Of a stretch of DNA of 64,000 nt, positions 23,301 through 43,844 are shown piece by piece. Position numbers and translations under genes: made by a program. Origin of the DNA: Vicugna vicugna (taxonomy: Eukaryota); assembly GCA_013265495.1 (NCBI GenBank), contig MU058658.1, positions 371,059 to 435,058 of the forward strand, in the 5' to 3' direction. The number at the start of each line of letters is the position of its first letter. Within the stretch, counting starts at the first letter, position 1. The notes under the pieces are model-generated. The model was not told the origin of the DNA. It saw only the letters and a program-made list of their open reading frames with translations, and searched no databases.

Positions 23301-26300
23301 GTGTTTTGTAAAGACCAAGACCACCCTCTCTATAAAGCGTGGTATTCAGGGCAGGAAACATTTCAGAATAATGGTGGTCCTATGCGAGCAAAAATAAATC
23401 CTGACTTTGGTCTTGGAAACCAAGGCACAGACACCCACCTTGGGCAGTGTGTACACAATACCCTTCATCCTACAGAATCCAATGCTGCACAGCTGTACAC
23501 CCCGCTCACATGCAGCCTCAGGGCCCCGGCAAAGTCACCCTCTCCTTCCAAGCTGTTCCCTCATGGATCTAAGTCAGGGTGTCTCTCACCAGGTGCTGCC
23601 TGATTCGCACCATGGGCCAGTTCAAACCAGATCTCTGAGGTTAGGCCTGGGCGTTAGCAGCTGCCAAGGCGCCCTGGTAACTGGCACTGGGCAGCAAGGA
23701 AAGACCCGGTGTCCGCCGCTTGCAAATGGCGCCCCCACCAGCAGCGGTCTCAGGCGGACCGCTGACTTCAGACAGTCACTCACGCAGAAGGGAGGGCGAT
23801 GAGGTGAACGGGGGCTCTGCTGCCCCAGTTACCGCCGCAGCGTCTTGTGGCTGTGAGGCACCCAGGTGAGCCGCAGGCCAACCCCTGCACTGGGAGAGGG
23901 AGCAGGAACCAGAGAACAGGGTTGACTTCAACCCATCGACACAGTCCAGAGGCAGCTGAGCTGGGATGTGACACCAGGCTGCCTGGTTCTAAAGCCCGGA
24001 TCGCTGAGCACTCCATGGGGGAGAAGATGGCTCATGGGCCCTGTGTGGGGCCAGCAGCCGGGAGAAACTGGGGATGTTGAGTGTGAGGATTTAACAGTCC
24101 GGGACTAGGGGACAGTGCCAGGGGCCTTCTTGGTGATTCCCCAAAGTGTGCATTGAAGGAACCACAGAAGAGGCAGGCACAGGGAGGAAGCCTACACGGT
24201 GACTCGGGTGAATGTGGCCATTCACACAGACATCCACTATCATCTCTCAGCATCATTCACAAAGGAAAGGGCTTTTACTACCAAGGGAGGCAGAGGCTGG
24301 CATCTTCAATAGTTGAGCTCAAATGTTAGCATTTTAGCTTCCTGAGACACACTGCCAGGGCTGTGTTCTCCTTATACAGTGGGGCAGAGGAGCCTGAGGG
24401 CACTGATCCAGTGGAAGTCACAACAGTAGGAATATGAGTAAAACAGGCCTATGTGCACTTTAATGCAATAATAACATTAGGAAAATAATAGTATCACTGA
24501 ATAAGGTGAGTATTTAAATATTCACAAAAAATTTTTTTGCTCCAAAATCTGATTGCTTCCTTTGGGTAGGAGGTCCCCAAAGGAGAGAGAACTGGCTTCG
24601 GGGTCAGGCAGCTTTGGGAAAACAAAGCACCTCCCAGGATTCGGTGAGCAGATCAGGGCAAGTGCCAGGAACAGGCCTGACGCGGTCCCAGTGCTCAGAG
24701 GACGCTAGCTGTGACGAACTGGTACTAAAGGCTTCTCTTTAAACCAAAACACTTATTTGCTTTTTCTTTAATCAATTTCTTCACTAAGTGAGTCTCTTAT
24801 CACTCCAGAAAATGGGAGAACACTTCCCTTGTCACAAATGATGGGTTACCGTCGAAACACCACAATGAAGTCAAAATAAGGCTATGGGGTCCCAGCGACC
24901 TCCTCAGCCTCCTCAGGGATGTGAGAGGTGGAGGTCGCTCCCTCTGCTGAAAAGGAAAATAGACAACGGTCCTGGGAGGCATGACGGACTCAGCAGGAAC
25001 TGAGACCGCTTCCACACGACTACGCACACAGCACGCGAACAACAGGGGCCAACTGTGGAGCACAGAGGACTGACTGTACTCAGTATCCTGTAATAACCTA
25101 AAATGGAAAAGAACCTGAAAAACTATATAGCGTACATATATGTATGCATATATATATATACACACACACACATATATTTATAACTGAATGACTTTGCTGT
25201 ACACCCAAAACTAACACAACATGGTAAACCAACTATACATCAATTGAAAAAAAAAGAATCAGGAGGGAAATGACTTCCGTGGGGTGTTCATCAGATCGTG
25301 GGGTGACACATCCGGGTGTCCTCTAAACTCCTCTGTCGCCCCAACAGAGAGTGCGGGGAGACCTCCCGAAAGAAGGGATGGCCGTATACACCCCAAGGGC
25401 CAAGGAAGACTTTCAACTGAGACTGTGTTACTTACAAAGATGATGGCAAAGCCCTCCGAGGGCCTGCCTGACTCTCCCCCATCTTGGAGGAGCAGCCCAC
25501 CACCCATACCCTCCTAACGGGGCTGTGGGGCCACCGGACCCAGCCAGGCTGGGGCGGTCAGGTCCCCTGCACGGGAATCTTCCCCAAGCGCCCTGGGCTG
25601 AGCCTGTGCTGAGTGCTGGGGTGAGAGGTTGAAGGAGGTGTGGGGGCAAGTGACCCCTTCTGGTCACAGAAATGACTGTGCAGAAAAGGCAGGACACAGG
25701 CACGCAGCGGGAAGCAGGCAGAAGAAACCTGAGGGTGTCCGAGAGCCAGGACTGAGGTGCCCACCCCTGCACAAAGCTGCAGTGAGAGACAGCAAGACGA
25801 GGAGCCCCCTGGAGAGGGGCCCGGGGGAGACCCGGAGCCGGGGACCACCGCGCCTCCTCCCAGCCCTGAAGGCAGCTCCTCAGCACAGCCTGCCCCTGGG
25901 TCGTGTGGGGGCACCCCCATTTCCCTCCACAGTGAGGACTATGCTTCTTCCTCAGGGACCCAAATGGAGACCAAGGGAGCACAGGCAGGAGGCGGTCGGC
26001 CCAGAACATGGCAGGACTGCGGGGGGGAGGGCGGGGCTCAGAGACCCTGTCCACCCCCCAGGCCCGGAGAGAGGGGCTGGAACCCAGAAGGAGGCTGCTG
26101 GTCCCCGCACGGACGACAGGAGAAGCCTTACCCAGGGACACCAGGAGCCTGCACGTGTCCAGAGTCACCTTTCGGTACAGGGCCCTCTGAGCCAGGTTCA
26201 GGAATTCCCACTCCTCCTGGGTGAAGGTCACAATGACGTCCTTGAAGGTCACCGGCGCCTGCAATGTTAAAACAGCAGCATTGTGTCATCCTCTGGGGCT

Positions 26301-29300
26301 GTGGATGGCATCACAGCCTGTCATTCAGTTGCCGGTGAAGGTGTAGAGGGACCCAGGCCCGAGTCACTGGGGCCTCCTGAGGGCTGAGCTCTGTGCTGGG
26401 CTGAGAAACGAGGCTGAGAGAAAAGCCTTCAGTGGGGGAAGCAGATAGTGGCGTTCCTGTGAGGACCCTGAGGACTCTGGGCTGTCAGAGGAACAGGGGA
26501 ATAAGAGTGATGCTGATTCTGACAGTGACAACAGCAGCTGAGCCTCCGGGTCCTCACTGTGGTCCTGCCCTAGGCTGAGGGCTTCACAAGCTGTGTTAAA
26601 GGGGATACATGGTCCCAGCTCTGGAGCAGCCTCCTGGGTGTGAATTCAGACTCTTGAATGGACATTAGCCTGCTGTGTGACCTAGGGGAAGCCACTTAAC
26701 TTCTCTGAGCCTCAATATCCCCCATCTGTATAATAATGAGTCTCACGTCATCGGGTTGTTGTGAGAACTGACAAAAAAAGGGCCATAAAGTGAACACGCG
26801 AGGCCCTGCTCATCAGAGGCTGTGTACCTTGTTACTTTCATTCACCCTCCTGCAGCCACGGAGGGGAACGCCACCCTCAGCCCCATGTCACCATCAAAGC
26901 TAAGGCTCAGGGGGCTCTAGCGAGTCGCCCGGGGAGACCCCAGGCTACACAGCAGGGGTGAGATCTGAACCCAGTGCCCCTGGTCCAGGGAGCATGTAGC
27001 CCCCACATCCCTCCATGATCACAGCGGCCCACAGTGACCAGGACACAAAGCGCCTCTAGTAACAGTTGCTGTCAAACGCACTTCGGCCACCCCTCAACAT
27101 ACACCTAAGGACACAGGCAGAGGATCAGGCTGTCCTCACCCACCTCAGGGGAGAGGCACTGAGGGGGGCGTCACCCGTCCCGGGAGTGGCAGGCCCTGGA
27201 CCAGTCCTCATACCTGCTCCGGCCCCCTGGCCCTAGCAGACTCCCCGAGGAGATTCCGCAGTGAACCAGCAGTCAGTTTTCCCTTCTGAGTCCTGACGGC
27301 TCATGTCCCTGAGGCATGGATACCTCAAGGACCAACTGGGTAAAGATGATGTAGCTGTGACCCTGAGAATGACGGCAGCAGACTCTGAGTGGTCATGTCG
27401 TGTGTCCTGGGTTGGGGGGGGGTGAACTCCAGGAAATGAACACCCTCTCCCCAAGCCACATCTCAGCACGTAGGGGAGCCCTTGGCAACCACAGGGCCTG
27501 CTCAGGCCTCCCTGACCAACTCCGTCCTCACTGCCTCTGTCCACAAGGTCCCCTCCGCCTGGGCCGGCTTCTACCAAGCTCGCCTGCAGGAGGGAGCCCT
27601 GCCGGCCTCACAAAGGTTCACATATGTGTCACCCTCGGGCCTTCCCAGCCCACTGTGCTGGGAACACAGGCTCTGGTGGCCGATGGACGAGCTGTGAGTT
27701 TCGACTCCTCAAGAGCTGTGTGACCTTGGGCAGGTAACAACATCTCTGAGCCTCAAGTCTGCCTTCTGCAAAGCCTTCTGTAAAAGAACAGAGCCTAACC
27801 GAGGGGTGAGGCCTGAAGGACTGAAACAGAACAACTGTCCCTCAGGGCGGATCAAGGGCCCAACGAAAGCCCACGATCATCATTGTTTTCTTGATGATTT
27901 CTCTTTGCTCCTCAAACGCCCTGGAAAATCTCAACCCAACACTCAGCTCAGCAAGAAAATGCCAGACCCCAAACGTGTGGGGGCAGGGAGTCCTTTAGCT
28001 AGAACCAGAAAGTCCAGGAACTATCTCTACAAAGAGATGGCATTTGGGCAGAGCATTTGGGCTGAAGAACGCACACAGGTGGCCTGCAGGCTTCCGGAGA
28101 CGGTGCCCCAGGCAGAGGGAACGAACTGCGCAGAGAAAGGCTAGGAAGTGGGTAAGAGCTAGGAAACAGAGGATGGCGGAGCTGGAGGGCAGTGAGCCAG
28201 GGAAGGGTGGAGCCGGAGAGGACACACAGGCACACAGGCAGTCAGGGGGACAGCCGCAGCAGGCCACCGTGGGGGTCTGAACTGATTCCACGCATGAGGC
28301 GAGTCCACCAGCTCTCCAACCTACTACTGAGCCTGTTACAGGGCTGGTCCGGTGGTAGGCCTAGGGCTAGAGTGCCGACAAGGACTAACAGATCCACAAC
28401 AGGCAACCGAGTAACGAGCAAGACGATGTCAGATGGCCCCATGGGTTCTGATGTCATAAAATGGAGTGGGGAAGGGGAGGGTACAGCTCAGCGGCAGAGC
28501 GTGTGCTTAGCATGCATGAGGTCCCAGGTTCAATCCCCAGTACAGCCACTTAAAAAATAAATAGATAAATAAATAAAAATGAAATAAATAAACTTAATTA
28601 CCTCCCCTCCCCCTCCCAAAAAAATAATTTTAAAAGAAAATAGAGTGTGGAGATTAGACAGGTTGGGGGCAACTTTATAAACGGAAATCTGGGAAGGCCT
28701 CTCTGAGGAGGGTCCACTGGAGAAGGAGTGGAATGAACAAAGGGGGCCATATGAACAAAAAGTGAACACACGAGACAACTGCAGAAGGTGACTGAGGCTG
28801 TAACAAGAGTAAACAGGGTCTGTTGTGTGTTGACATAGAAACACACAGAATGTTCCTGCAAGGGGCCATCGCCAAATCTGTAATGCATTCACTCAGTTTT
28901 CACATCAAAGTGTCTTTTGAAAAAAATTGTTTATTTATTAATTTGTTATTTATTTTATTTTGGTGTGGGTGAGTAGGTTTATTTATTTTTAGAGGAGGTA
29001 CTGGGAATTGAAATCAGGACCTCATGCACATGAAACATGGGCTCTACCACTGAGCTATATACCCCATAACAGTGTCTTAAAGAGAAAAATGACTTCATTG
29101 CTGTGAGGGGCAGGACATCTTTGTATTTTGCATATTGTGAATACATGGCAACTGCAAACATGAATCCAGTGGCTTTCCTGGCCCCTAGCCTGCCCACGGG
29201 CCCTTCGAGAAGAGGAGCAGTCATTCCAAAAACACTGCACCCACAGTGCATCTGTCCCCTTTTCCCCGTAGCCTCAACTAGGTACAGGCCCGAGACCCAG

Positions 29301-30567
29301 GAAACCCCAGGGCTGGAGTTCCACGGGTGAGCCCCTAAGATCACCACAGGACAAGGACCTCTGTTCCCAGAAAAGCATCTAGAGTGACAATACCTGGCCA
29401 GTGCTGGATACTGGGGAATACATACCACACATGTGCCTTCTCTGATCACCTCAAGCCAAGGGGAGGAAATGTTAATATTGTCATTAACCCCAAAGAAATA
29501 GAAGACAAGGGCACCCATGAGACTTGCTCAGGGTAACAGCCCTGGGAAGGGCACGGTTACAATGCACGCTGAAGTTTCCATAGTGTTACGTGAGCTCTTT
29601 CCTAAGGCTCAGTCCATTCAGACGGCACAGACACAGAGGGGATTCGGAGATGTCCCATTTCTCTCCTGCTTGTACTGCTAAAAGGACAAAATCAGGGAAA
29701 AGGGCTCCTTGAACCCTAGAAATCAGATTAACGAAAAGCCACAACCAGCATTTCTGGAGCATTCCGGTGCTGCATTCAGTGGTTTTCATGCCCAGTCACC
29801 CGGGAGAGAAGATGCTGTTATTAACCCCATTTCACAGCTGAGGAAACTGAGGGGCTCTGGACTTAGCGGACTTTCCTGCTACTGGGCATTGGCAAAGCCT
29901 GGAGCTGAACCCAGACCGTGGGCTCCGAAACTCGTTTTGCACACCTGAGATACGCACTTTGGCGGGGAGGGTGGCTGAAGATACTCATGTGGAACTGAGG
30001 GTTTCACGTATGTTGGGGGGTTGCAGGGAGCCCCCTCCCTGATGCTGACTTCTCTCACCTTAAGTCTGCTCTCAACCGTACGGCAAGAGGAAGCCTCTTA
30101 AAACACGAATCAGATCCCTTCCCTCCTCTCCTCCAAATCCTCCACAGTTCCCAGCAAAGTAAAAGAAGTCCCCGTTCCTCAGCCTGCTGTTCCAGACCTG
30201 ACTTCTCGGCGCATTCTATTCCCAACAGACAAAATGGAGATCCGCAATTCCACACGGCTCAGCCTCACCTCCCGGCATTTACACCTAGTGGTTCATGTGC
30301 CTGGGACACGGCTCCACAGCTCATCGCTCTACTGAGCTGAGAACCTTCCAGACCAACCCCGGCCTGAATTCAGGACGCCTGGCTGGGGCTGACTGGCCAG
30401 CCTCCACGGCCACCAGACTGAAAGGCAGCGTCAGGGGAAGTGAAGACGCCCAAGACAACACTATTCTCTACATGCGGGCGCCAGGACGACGGGGCTGGGG
30501 GTCCAGGGGGCCCGAGGGGGCCTCCACTCACCAGAGCCGGGTCCGCTCGCGCCTCCGCCGCCATCAT
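20321..30567 (-). CDS. KRAB C2H2 zinc-finger protein of ZNF550/ZNF599 type, 429 aa, 8 fingers; exons 30567-30532, 26258-26132 (KRAB-A), 23275-23180 (KRAB-B), 21351-20321
   Basis: [97 protein letters not shown]... then 8 C2H2 fingers; 127-nt and 96-nt KRAB exons, GT-AG, in frame, CpG-island promoter at 30.4-31.0 kb. Confidence 0.85.
21990..22127 (+). mobile_element. tRNA-Ala-derived SINE
   Basis: ggggagggtacagctcagtggtagag..ctgggttcaatccccag; flanking repeat aagaacagtgaaa. Confidence 0.9.
22975..23064 (+). mobile_element. tRNA-Ala-derived SINE
   Basis: tRNA-like head; flanking repeat aaactggtgtc. Confidence 0.85.
25010..25256 (+). mobile_element. LINE-1 3' terminal fragment
   Basis: gcacagaggactgactgtactcagtatcctgtaataacct...taactgaatgactttgctgtacacc...aactatacatcaatt followed by polyA. 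Confidence 0.75.
28468..28625 (+). mobile_element. tRNA-Ala-derived SINE
   Basis: gagggtacagctcagcggcagagcgtgtgcttagcatgc plus taattacctcccc tail. Confidence 0.85.
28955..29064 (-). mobile_element. tRNA-Ala-derived SINE
   Basis: ggaggtactgggaattgaa..ctctaccactgagctatatacccc. Confidence 0.8.
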
Positions 30568-31050
30568 GGAACGCTCTGCAGGAACCCGGGCCGAGCGAGA
30601 TGGACGACCAGGGAGGGTCCCCAGCGCTCAGCCGACTCCCTCCGCTGCCCCGCCTACACTCAGCCGCGCCTCTGCGCAGGGTGGGCAGGAGGCCTCTTCC
30701 CGAGGGTCCGTGCTCCCGGGCCTCGAGCCCGCTCAGGGCAGCGGAACAGCGACCGCGAGCAGCCAGCCGCAGCCACAACGAGCGCCACGAGGACGCCGCC
30801 GGAAGTCGCCCCGCCACGGGGCCCAGCCCTGCGCTGTCATTGGCCCAGAGCTACCGCCTCTTGCCGCAGAGCCTGCTGGGTAACTGGCCCCCGCAGCCCC
30901 GCCTGGCACCTCGGAGGGCAACCCCTCGGCAATCTCCGCCGCGGATCAGGGGGCCCTGCGTGAGGGCCTCTGGGAAACGACTTCATCGGGCCCACGGGCG
31001 CGGCGAGGCCTCGTCGCTTCTTAAGTGGCCAACCCCCCACCCCCGCGTTT
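30380..31050 (-). promoter_or_regulatory. CpG-island promoter of the ZNF550-like paralog; ZNF143-type site degenerate
   Basis: CCGGAAGTCGCCCCGCC from 30799, CATTGG 30838-30843, CTGGGTAACTGG 30876-30887. Confidence 0.75.
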
Positions 31051-33454
31051 CTGGGGTCTGTCTTATGCAACTAAGGGAAATGTTTAGATGTGTTATTTCA
31101 TATGTGCCCAAGGGCTAAAATCCCAAAGGGACACACCAGACCACTGGTATCATGCAGATAGAAAGGGAGTCCACCCAAAGATTTGAACTAATAAATGCTT
31201 GCTGCTCTTTCATTGCAGCGAGACTGAAGCTTGAGTCATTCTCTGGACTTCAGGACTGGTCAGGGACGACAGAGAAGAGACTTCAGAGGTGAAGAAGGCA
31301 CAGGTATTAGGCAGCCTTGAATCACGTGGCCAAGACGCTGTCTCTTTTTCCCTCAGAAAACATATTTTTCCCGCCTCTATACTCACTGATTGTTTTTGTA
31401 TCCAACCCAACCGTCCTATCAATATTGTATTTCTTACTCCATATTCCAAGGCATGTTAATTTCTTTTAGTAGTGTGACACCTGAGGTCTATTTGAAAAGT
31501 AGAGGTATTTACCAAATTTCATTTCCTGTTATGTCAGTTCCTGAAGTGGTAGAAGTGCGTAGAAAGTGGCCACCTGAACTGTGAGACAAATGTTCTGGTT
31601 TTCTTTATCTCAATTTGTTTGCAGTAATTGCAATGATACTGTCCGCCAAAAGATTTGAAATTGTCTCTGAAACCGTCTGTGAAAGGTAAATGACTCTCCA
31701 CCAGTTTCATTCTTCTAATAACATTATGCACAATTACTTCATTTAATGCATTAACCTTTATTCAGTAAAATTTCATTCTGGGAAGATGCCCTATGTTCTC
31801 ATTATATAGTATCTTTGTTACTGAGGATCTGCACATGATTGTGGTTAGACAGCTCGATGTCCTCAGATCAGAACATGGCTTCTCCACCCCCCAGTCAGCC
31901 TCTTTGTGTCATACTACAATAATCAAGGGTGAGTCAAGGTTTTTGTCCAAGCTGGAACAAGGGGTTTGTCATTAATTGTGATGGGAAGGTGGGTGGTGGT
32001 GGTATAGATGGAGGAAGTTAGGAGGAAATATTATCATCTCACTTTTAAACATATTTTTTTAAGAATGTATCAAACATCCAAATGAGGCAGATTGTAGGCA
32101 TTTCAATGTGGGACTCTGATTTTTTTTTCTTTTGGTAAAACAAGTCAGAATTTTTATTCTTTGATGGATTAATTATTTAGAATGCCCATAGCTATGCAAT
32201 CCAGACTCCTCAACAGAAGAAATTACTGTTCACAAATAACACAAAGTAAAATGTCTCATATATGGGCCCTGAAGTTACAGGTAAGTCCAATGATTTAGAA
32301 AAAAAGTAAGCACAGCATGCAGCTTATCTGGAGAATATTTAAGGACTGCCTGACTTGAGCTACAAAAGGATGCTCCTTTATCTCAGGGTGGGACCAATGT
32401 GGTACCATTTACACTCCAGAGCTCCACATGGGATCAAAATGAGGTAGATTCCAGATGAAGCCATACTCTTGCTTAGCTCTTTTCCTTGCTTTGTTCTGTT
32501 GTTCAATTTCCCCTGATAATTTCTCCTAAATAAATCGCATGTTGTTGAACTCTGTGTCTGGTTCTGCTTCTGCAAACCCCAACCTTAGGCAGAACACATT
32601 TGGTCAAAACGTAAAATATTCATCATGTGAAATATATCAGGGATATTTGGTTTCTTCTCCACAAGATGAGCAAAGGCCCAGAAAACTCTCTTGAATGTGT
32701 AACTGCAGAATCAGACCAAAACTTGGCCCTATCCTGTTTCTAACAAGATTCTGACTTGTTTTTCAGAGACAACAGCATGGAACCACAAGTCCTGCAGCCA
32801 AACCATGTGCTGAAAGATTTTGACCTCATACAACCCCCAGAACCGAAGTTTCTCCCCCCTCCCCCACTCGCCTGTAGTTTTCTTTTGTTGTAGTGTCATT
32901 GCCTGGTTTTGGTATCAGGGCAATGGTAGCCTTTTAGAATGAATTTGGAAGTGTTCCATCCTCTTCAACTTCTTGGAATAGTTTGAGAATGATTCGTATT
33001 AGCTCCTCTTTATATGTTTGGTAGAAATCCCCTGTGAAAGCTAACTGGCCCTGGAATTTGGAAGTTTGCATAAACCCAAGACCCTGACAACTGGAACAGT
33101 GCTGAGTCTGTGGATCACTCGACTCCTGACAACCTGCAGTGACTCACCAACAATGACTGGTAACTTCCCAAAGCTCCCATGGAGACACAGGAAGGATCTA
33201 AATTAAATGCGCTTTCTCACTGAGTGTGGGTGGATCCATTCTTCTAAGAGGGGAGGGTGTCTGGTCCAAATTTTGTTTAAAAAATTATAAATGGGATATG
33301 TAGTTGAGATGACATCACACTAAGGCAAAGATGATACACAGATAATAGATAGGTAGACAATACAGATAGATTCTAGAAGAAAGGATCTATTTTTACAGAG
33401 AAGCAATGGAAGCCAAGCCACTCCTGGGAGGGCAGGGAGTGTCAAATGTTTTTC

Positions 33455-33560
33455 TGAGGGGAGGAATAATTAGGCTAATTTATTTAGAGTGGACGCACTG
33501 GGGATTGAACCCAGGACCTTGTGCATGCTAGGCACTCTACCAATGAGCTGTGCCTTCTTC
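33455..33560 (-). mobile_element. tRNA-Ala-derived SINE
   Basis: actggggattgaacccaggaccttgtgcatgctagg. Confidence 0.8.
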
Positions 33561-35279
33561 ACCTAATTAGTGTGATAAAGAGAACATCCAGGAAACTGAA
33601 ATGCAATTAACAGCCTTCTACCAAGGATAGACACGTAGACACCTCCTTACACAGTGTGTGACACATTGTTAAAGGCTGCATGACACATGTCCCTGATCAA
33701 CAGATATCACACGGACACTATGTACCCACTCACACTGGGAACTCATCTTCTTCATCTGATTACTCACAACTTACGTTAACGTGAAGCCTGTAGAGTGAAC
33801 CCTGTTTTGGTCAGTGACTTTACTGAGAGACCAGTGAGACAAGTTTCAAATCAATACAAACTGAGGAGGGGAGATGTCAGGTACTTCTGAAACAGACTGA
33901 TGATGGGCAACGTGTGTCTGGCTTCCTCGGCAAATGCCCTTTGTTTTTATGGGTTTATTCTCATCTGTCTATATCTCTATCTATGTGTCTATATGGCTAA
34001 TCTACTTAAGGTTTTATTTCTATTGTCCTAACCTCAGGAAGCCAAATCTAGTTTTTAAGAATAGTTAATCTTGGGTTTCCTGAGATAAAAGTTCCAAACA
34101 GTCAGATCGCTGAAGAGATACTGAACAAATGTGTATTTGCTCCCAGAACAAGGACTGCCATGGCAGCATCTCTGAAAGTGAGCAATAGGGGTGACATATA
34201 AGCCTGTGATAAAGAATTAGAACTCCACTATGTCATCTGCTTGTAGGGAAGTGATTACCACTTCACATGTAAGCACACTGACAGTGTCTGCTCAGGGAGT
34301 ACAGATAAACTGTGAAAGCACATGGGACTATGTGAGTCCCAACAGCGAGTAAAAGTGCTTAATAAGACAGATACCCATCAGGAGCGGCACACATTGATGA
34401 AGGAAAGTCGGTTTTAGAAATAAACAATCAAAATCCCAGTATAATGTGAGGGAAAAAAAAAACAACCTGACATCTAATAAGAGAGAGAAGGAAGCCAATA
34501 AAATGACTACTGGGGAGTTTTAGTTGAATTAAAGGCATTTTGCAAAATATGATTTCTTCTTGTAGTTCAAGACCATTGAGGGCGGTGAAAATAAAGGAAA
34601 AGACAGCGTGAGAAGAGTTAGGAAGCATATCCAGTCGTGCAAATGAATGTTAAATCTGCGTTGCCACTTACCCCATATTTTAAGACATCAATATGTATCA
34701 TATGTGTTTTAGACATTTTTCTGGGATTATGGAATCTATCAGTGCACAACATATAAACACACATTTCCCTCCTGGAACTCACTCTGTATTTGCTAGAACA
34801 ATACAATGAGCAGCTCATCTATGATGTTGAGTGCATAGTTTAACAGAAGGGAAAGGGTCCTAAGGAAGCAAGAAGGGCAGCATATGGGTGATGAAAAAAT
34901 TAGGAGTTTATGATGGATTCAGGCACTAAATTGAGTGTCCACATTTGGACTCAGTGAAGATGACAAATGAGGATGTAAGTTTGGTGATTTATTTCTTCCT
35001 TTCCCACTGTGGCATATTCGTCATTTTGCGTCACTGAATGAAACTGGAGCTCCAGGACAGCAGTGTGTAAGAGAGCAATGGGCAGCTGTCCTCCTTTTAT
35101 TTTATCCTAATGCAAGTATTTTAATAATGGTTCAAAGGTACAGTACTTCTAACAACTCTCTGTAGATGTCACTTATAAGATTAAGAAGGATCACGTCTAT
35201 CCTTACTTTGATAGCTCAGAGTCCTAGCACTGAACAACTCACAAATTAAAAATTTTTTAAAATTCCCTTTCACAGTATC

Positions 35280-36500
35280 ATCACATATAGAGAATACCTA
35301 GAGATGCTTAAATTACACAAGACCAACAAACAGAAAACTAAAGCATATTTCTAACAAAAATTAAGTAAGCTCTAAATAAAAGATACATCGTGTTTATGGA
35401 CTGGGACACCTGGTATTTCTCTCTAAACTGAAGAGTTAAGTGCAATCCGTATCGAACTCCTAGTAGGATTTTCTGTCATGTACACATTGAAAAGTGGATC
35501 CTAAACTTCGCATGGAAAGGCAAAGAACCAAGAATAGCCTTAACAACTTTGAAAAAGCAAATCAGAGATTACAAACCTGACTTCAAGACATATTATAAAC
35601 AAATCATCCAATACATGAAAGTACTGGCGTAAAGTAGATAAATGCAACAGAAGAGTCCAGGAATAGACACAGACATAAATGATACACCGTCAGTGAAGAT
35701 ACTAAAGCAGTTCAAAGAAGAAAATATAGTCTTTGAAATCAGTATCACTGCAGCAATTGGGCATCCATATTAAAAAAAAAATCCAAAATCAACTGAAAAT
35801 GGATTATTAGTGTCACTACAAAACCTAAACCATAAGTTACAGAAGGAAATGTCAAGAAAATTCTGTCTTTATAATTGGGAAACATTTCTTTTTCAAAATC
35901 AGTAAAACAATAAAGGAAAAAATTAGATTACAGTAAATTTTAAACCGTTTTTTCCTGGAAAAGCAATTGAAAAGACAAGACCAATTCTGGAAGAATATAC
36001 TGGCAAATATTTCCATAAAAGAACCTAAATCAAGAATCCAGGGGGAGAGCACAGCTCAGTGGTAGAGCGCATGCTCAGCATGCACGAGGTCCTGGGTTTA
36101 ATCCCCGGTGCCTCCACTGAAAAATAAAATCCAGTTACCTCCCCCTGAAAAAACAAAAAAAAAAGAATCCATGGAGAACATTTAAAATGCAGTAATTAAG
36201 ATGACAAATCATATAAAGCAAAATTTCAAAAAAAGAAATATGAATGAAAATTATGACAAGAAAAACGAACATCGGGTCATTAAGGAAATGGAAGTTAAAC
36301 TCACTAGGTATGGCTGTACACCTACGATGTCAGTGAAAGTAGAAAGTCTGACCACACCAAGTGCTGGTGAGACCGTCAAGCACGGGAACTCAGGCTCTGG
36401 CTGTTCTGGTGAGACTGTACAAGGACACCGCCACTTTAGGAATGTGTGACGGGCCCCACAGAAGAGGAACTGGCTCCTACTCTACGACCCAGGGATGTGC
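35280..36500 (+). mobile_element. Degenerate LINE-1 ORF2 fragment interrupted by a SINE
   Basis: atcctaaacttcgcatggaaaggcaaagaaccaagaatagcc..cctgacttcaagacatattataaa, an L1 ORF2 signature. Confidence 0.7.
36041..36162 (+). mobile_element. tRNA-Ala-derived SINE
   Basis: Near-complete tRNA-like head; flanking repeat aagaatcca. Confidence 0.88.
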
Positions 36501-36610
36501 TGCTAGATACTAACTCAAGTGCAGGAAGGCTCAAGTTCAGAAAGCATCTCCCCAGTGTGCTGAACTTTCTTGCTTTCCACGAGCTTGGAGCTGTCTACAG
36601 AGAACTGCAC

Positions 36611-43844
<7,234 letters not shown>

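Noticed and set aside
25428..26264. 278-aa ORF starting in KRAB-A (likewise 38911-39372, 1610-1960, 61854-62117)
   Set aside because: Read-through of the KRAB-A exon past its GT donor into GC-rich intron
27214..27330. Possible extra exon of the ZNF550-like paralog (good donor CAG|GTATGA)
   Set aside because: Both nearby ATGs meet stops, and exon 30567-30532 already gives a clean in-frame start
36041..36118. tRNA-Ala-like sequences (about 20 copies, e.g. 36041, 53490, 61108) as true tRNA genes
   Set aside because: They share a non-tRNA tail (aataaacctaattacctccc), A-rich ends, target-site duplications and stem-breaking substitutions, so they are SINEs
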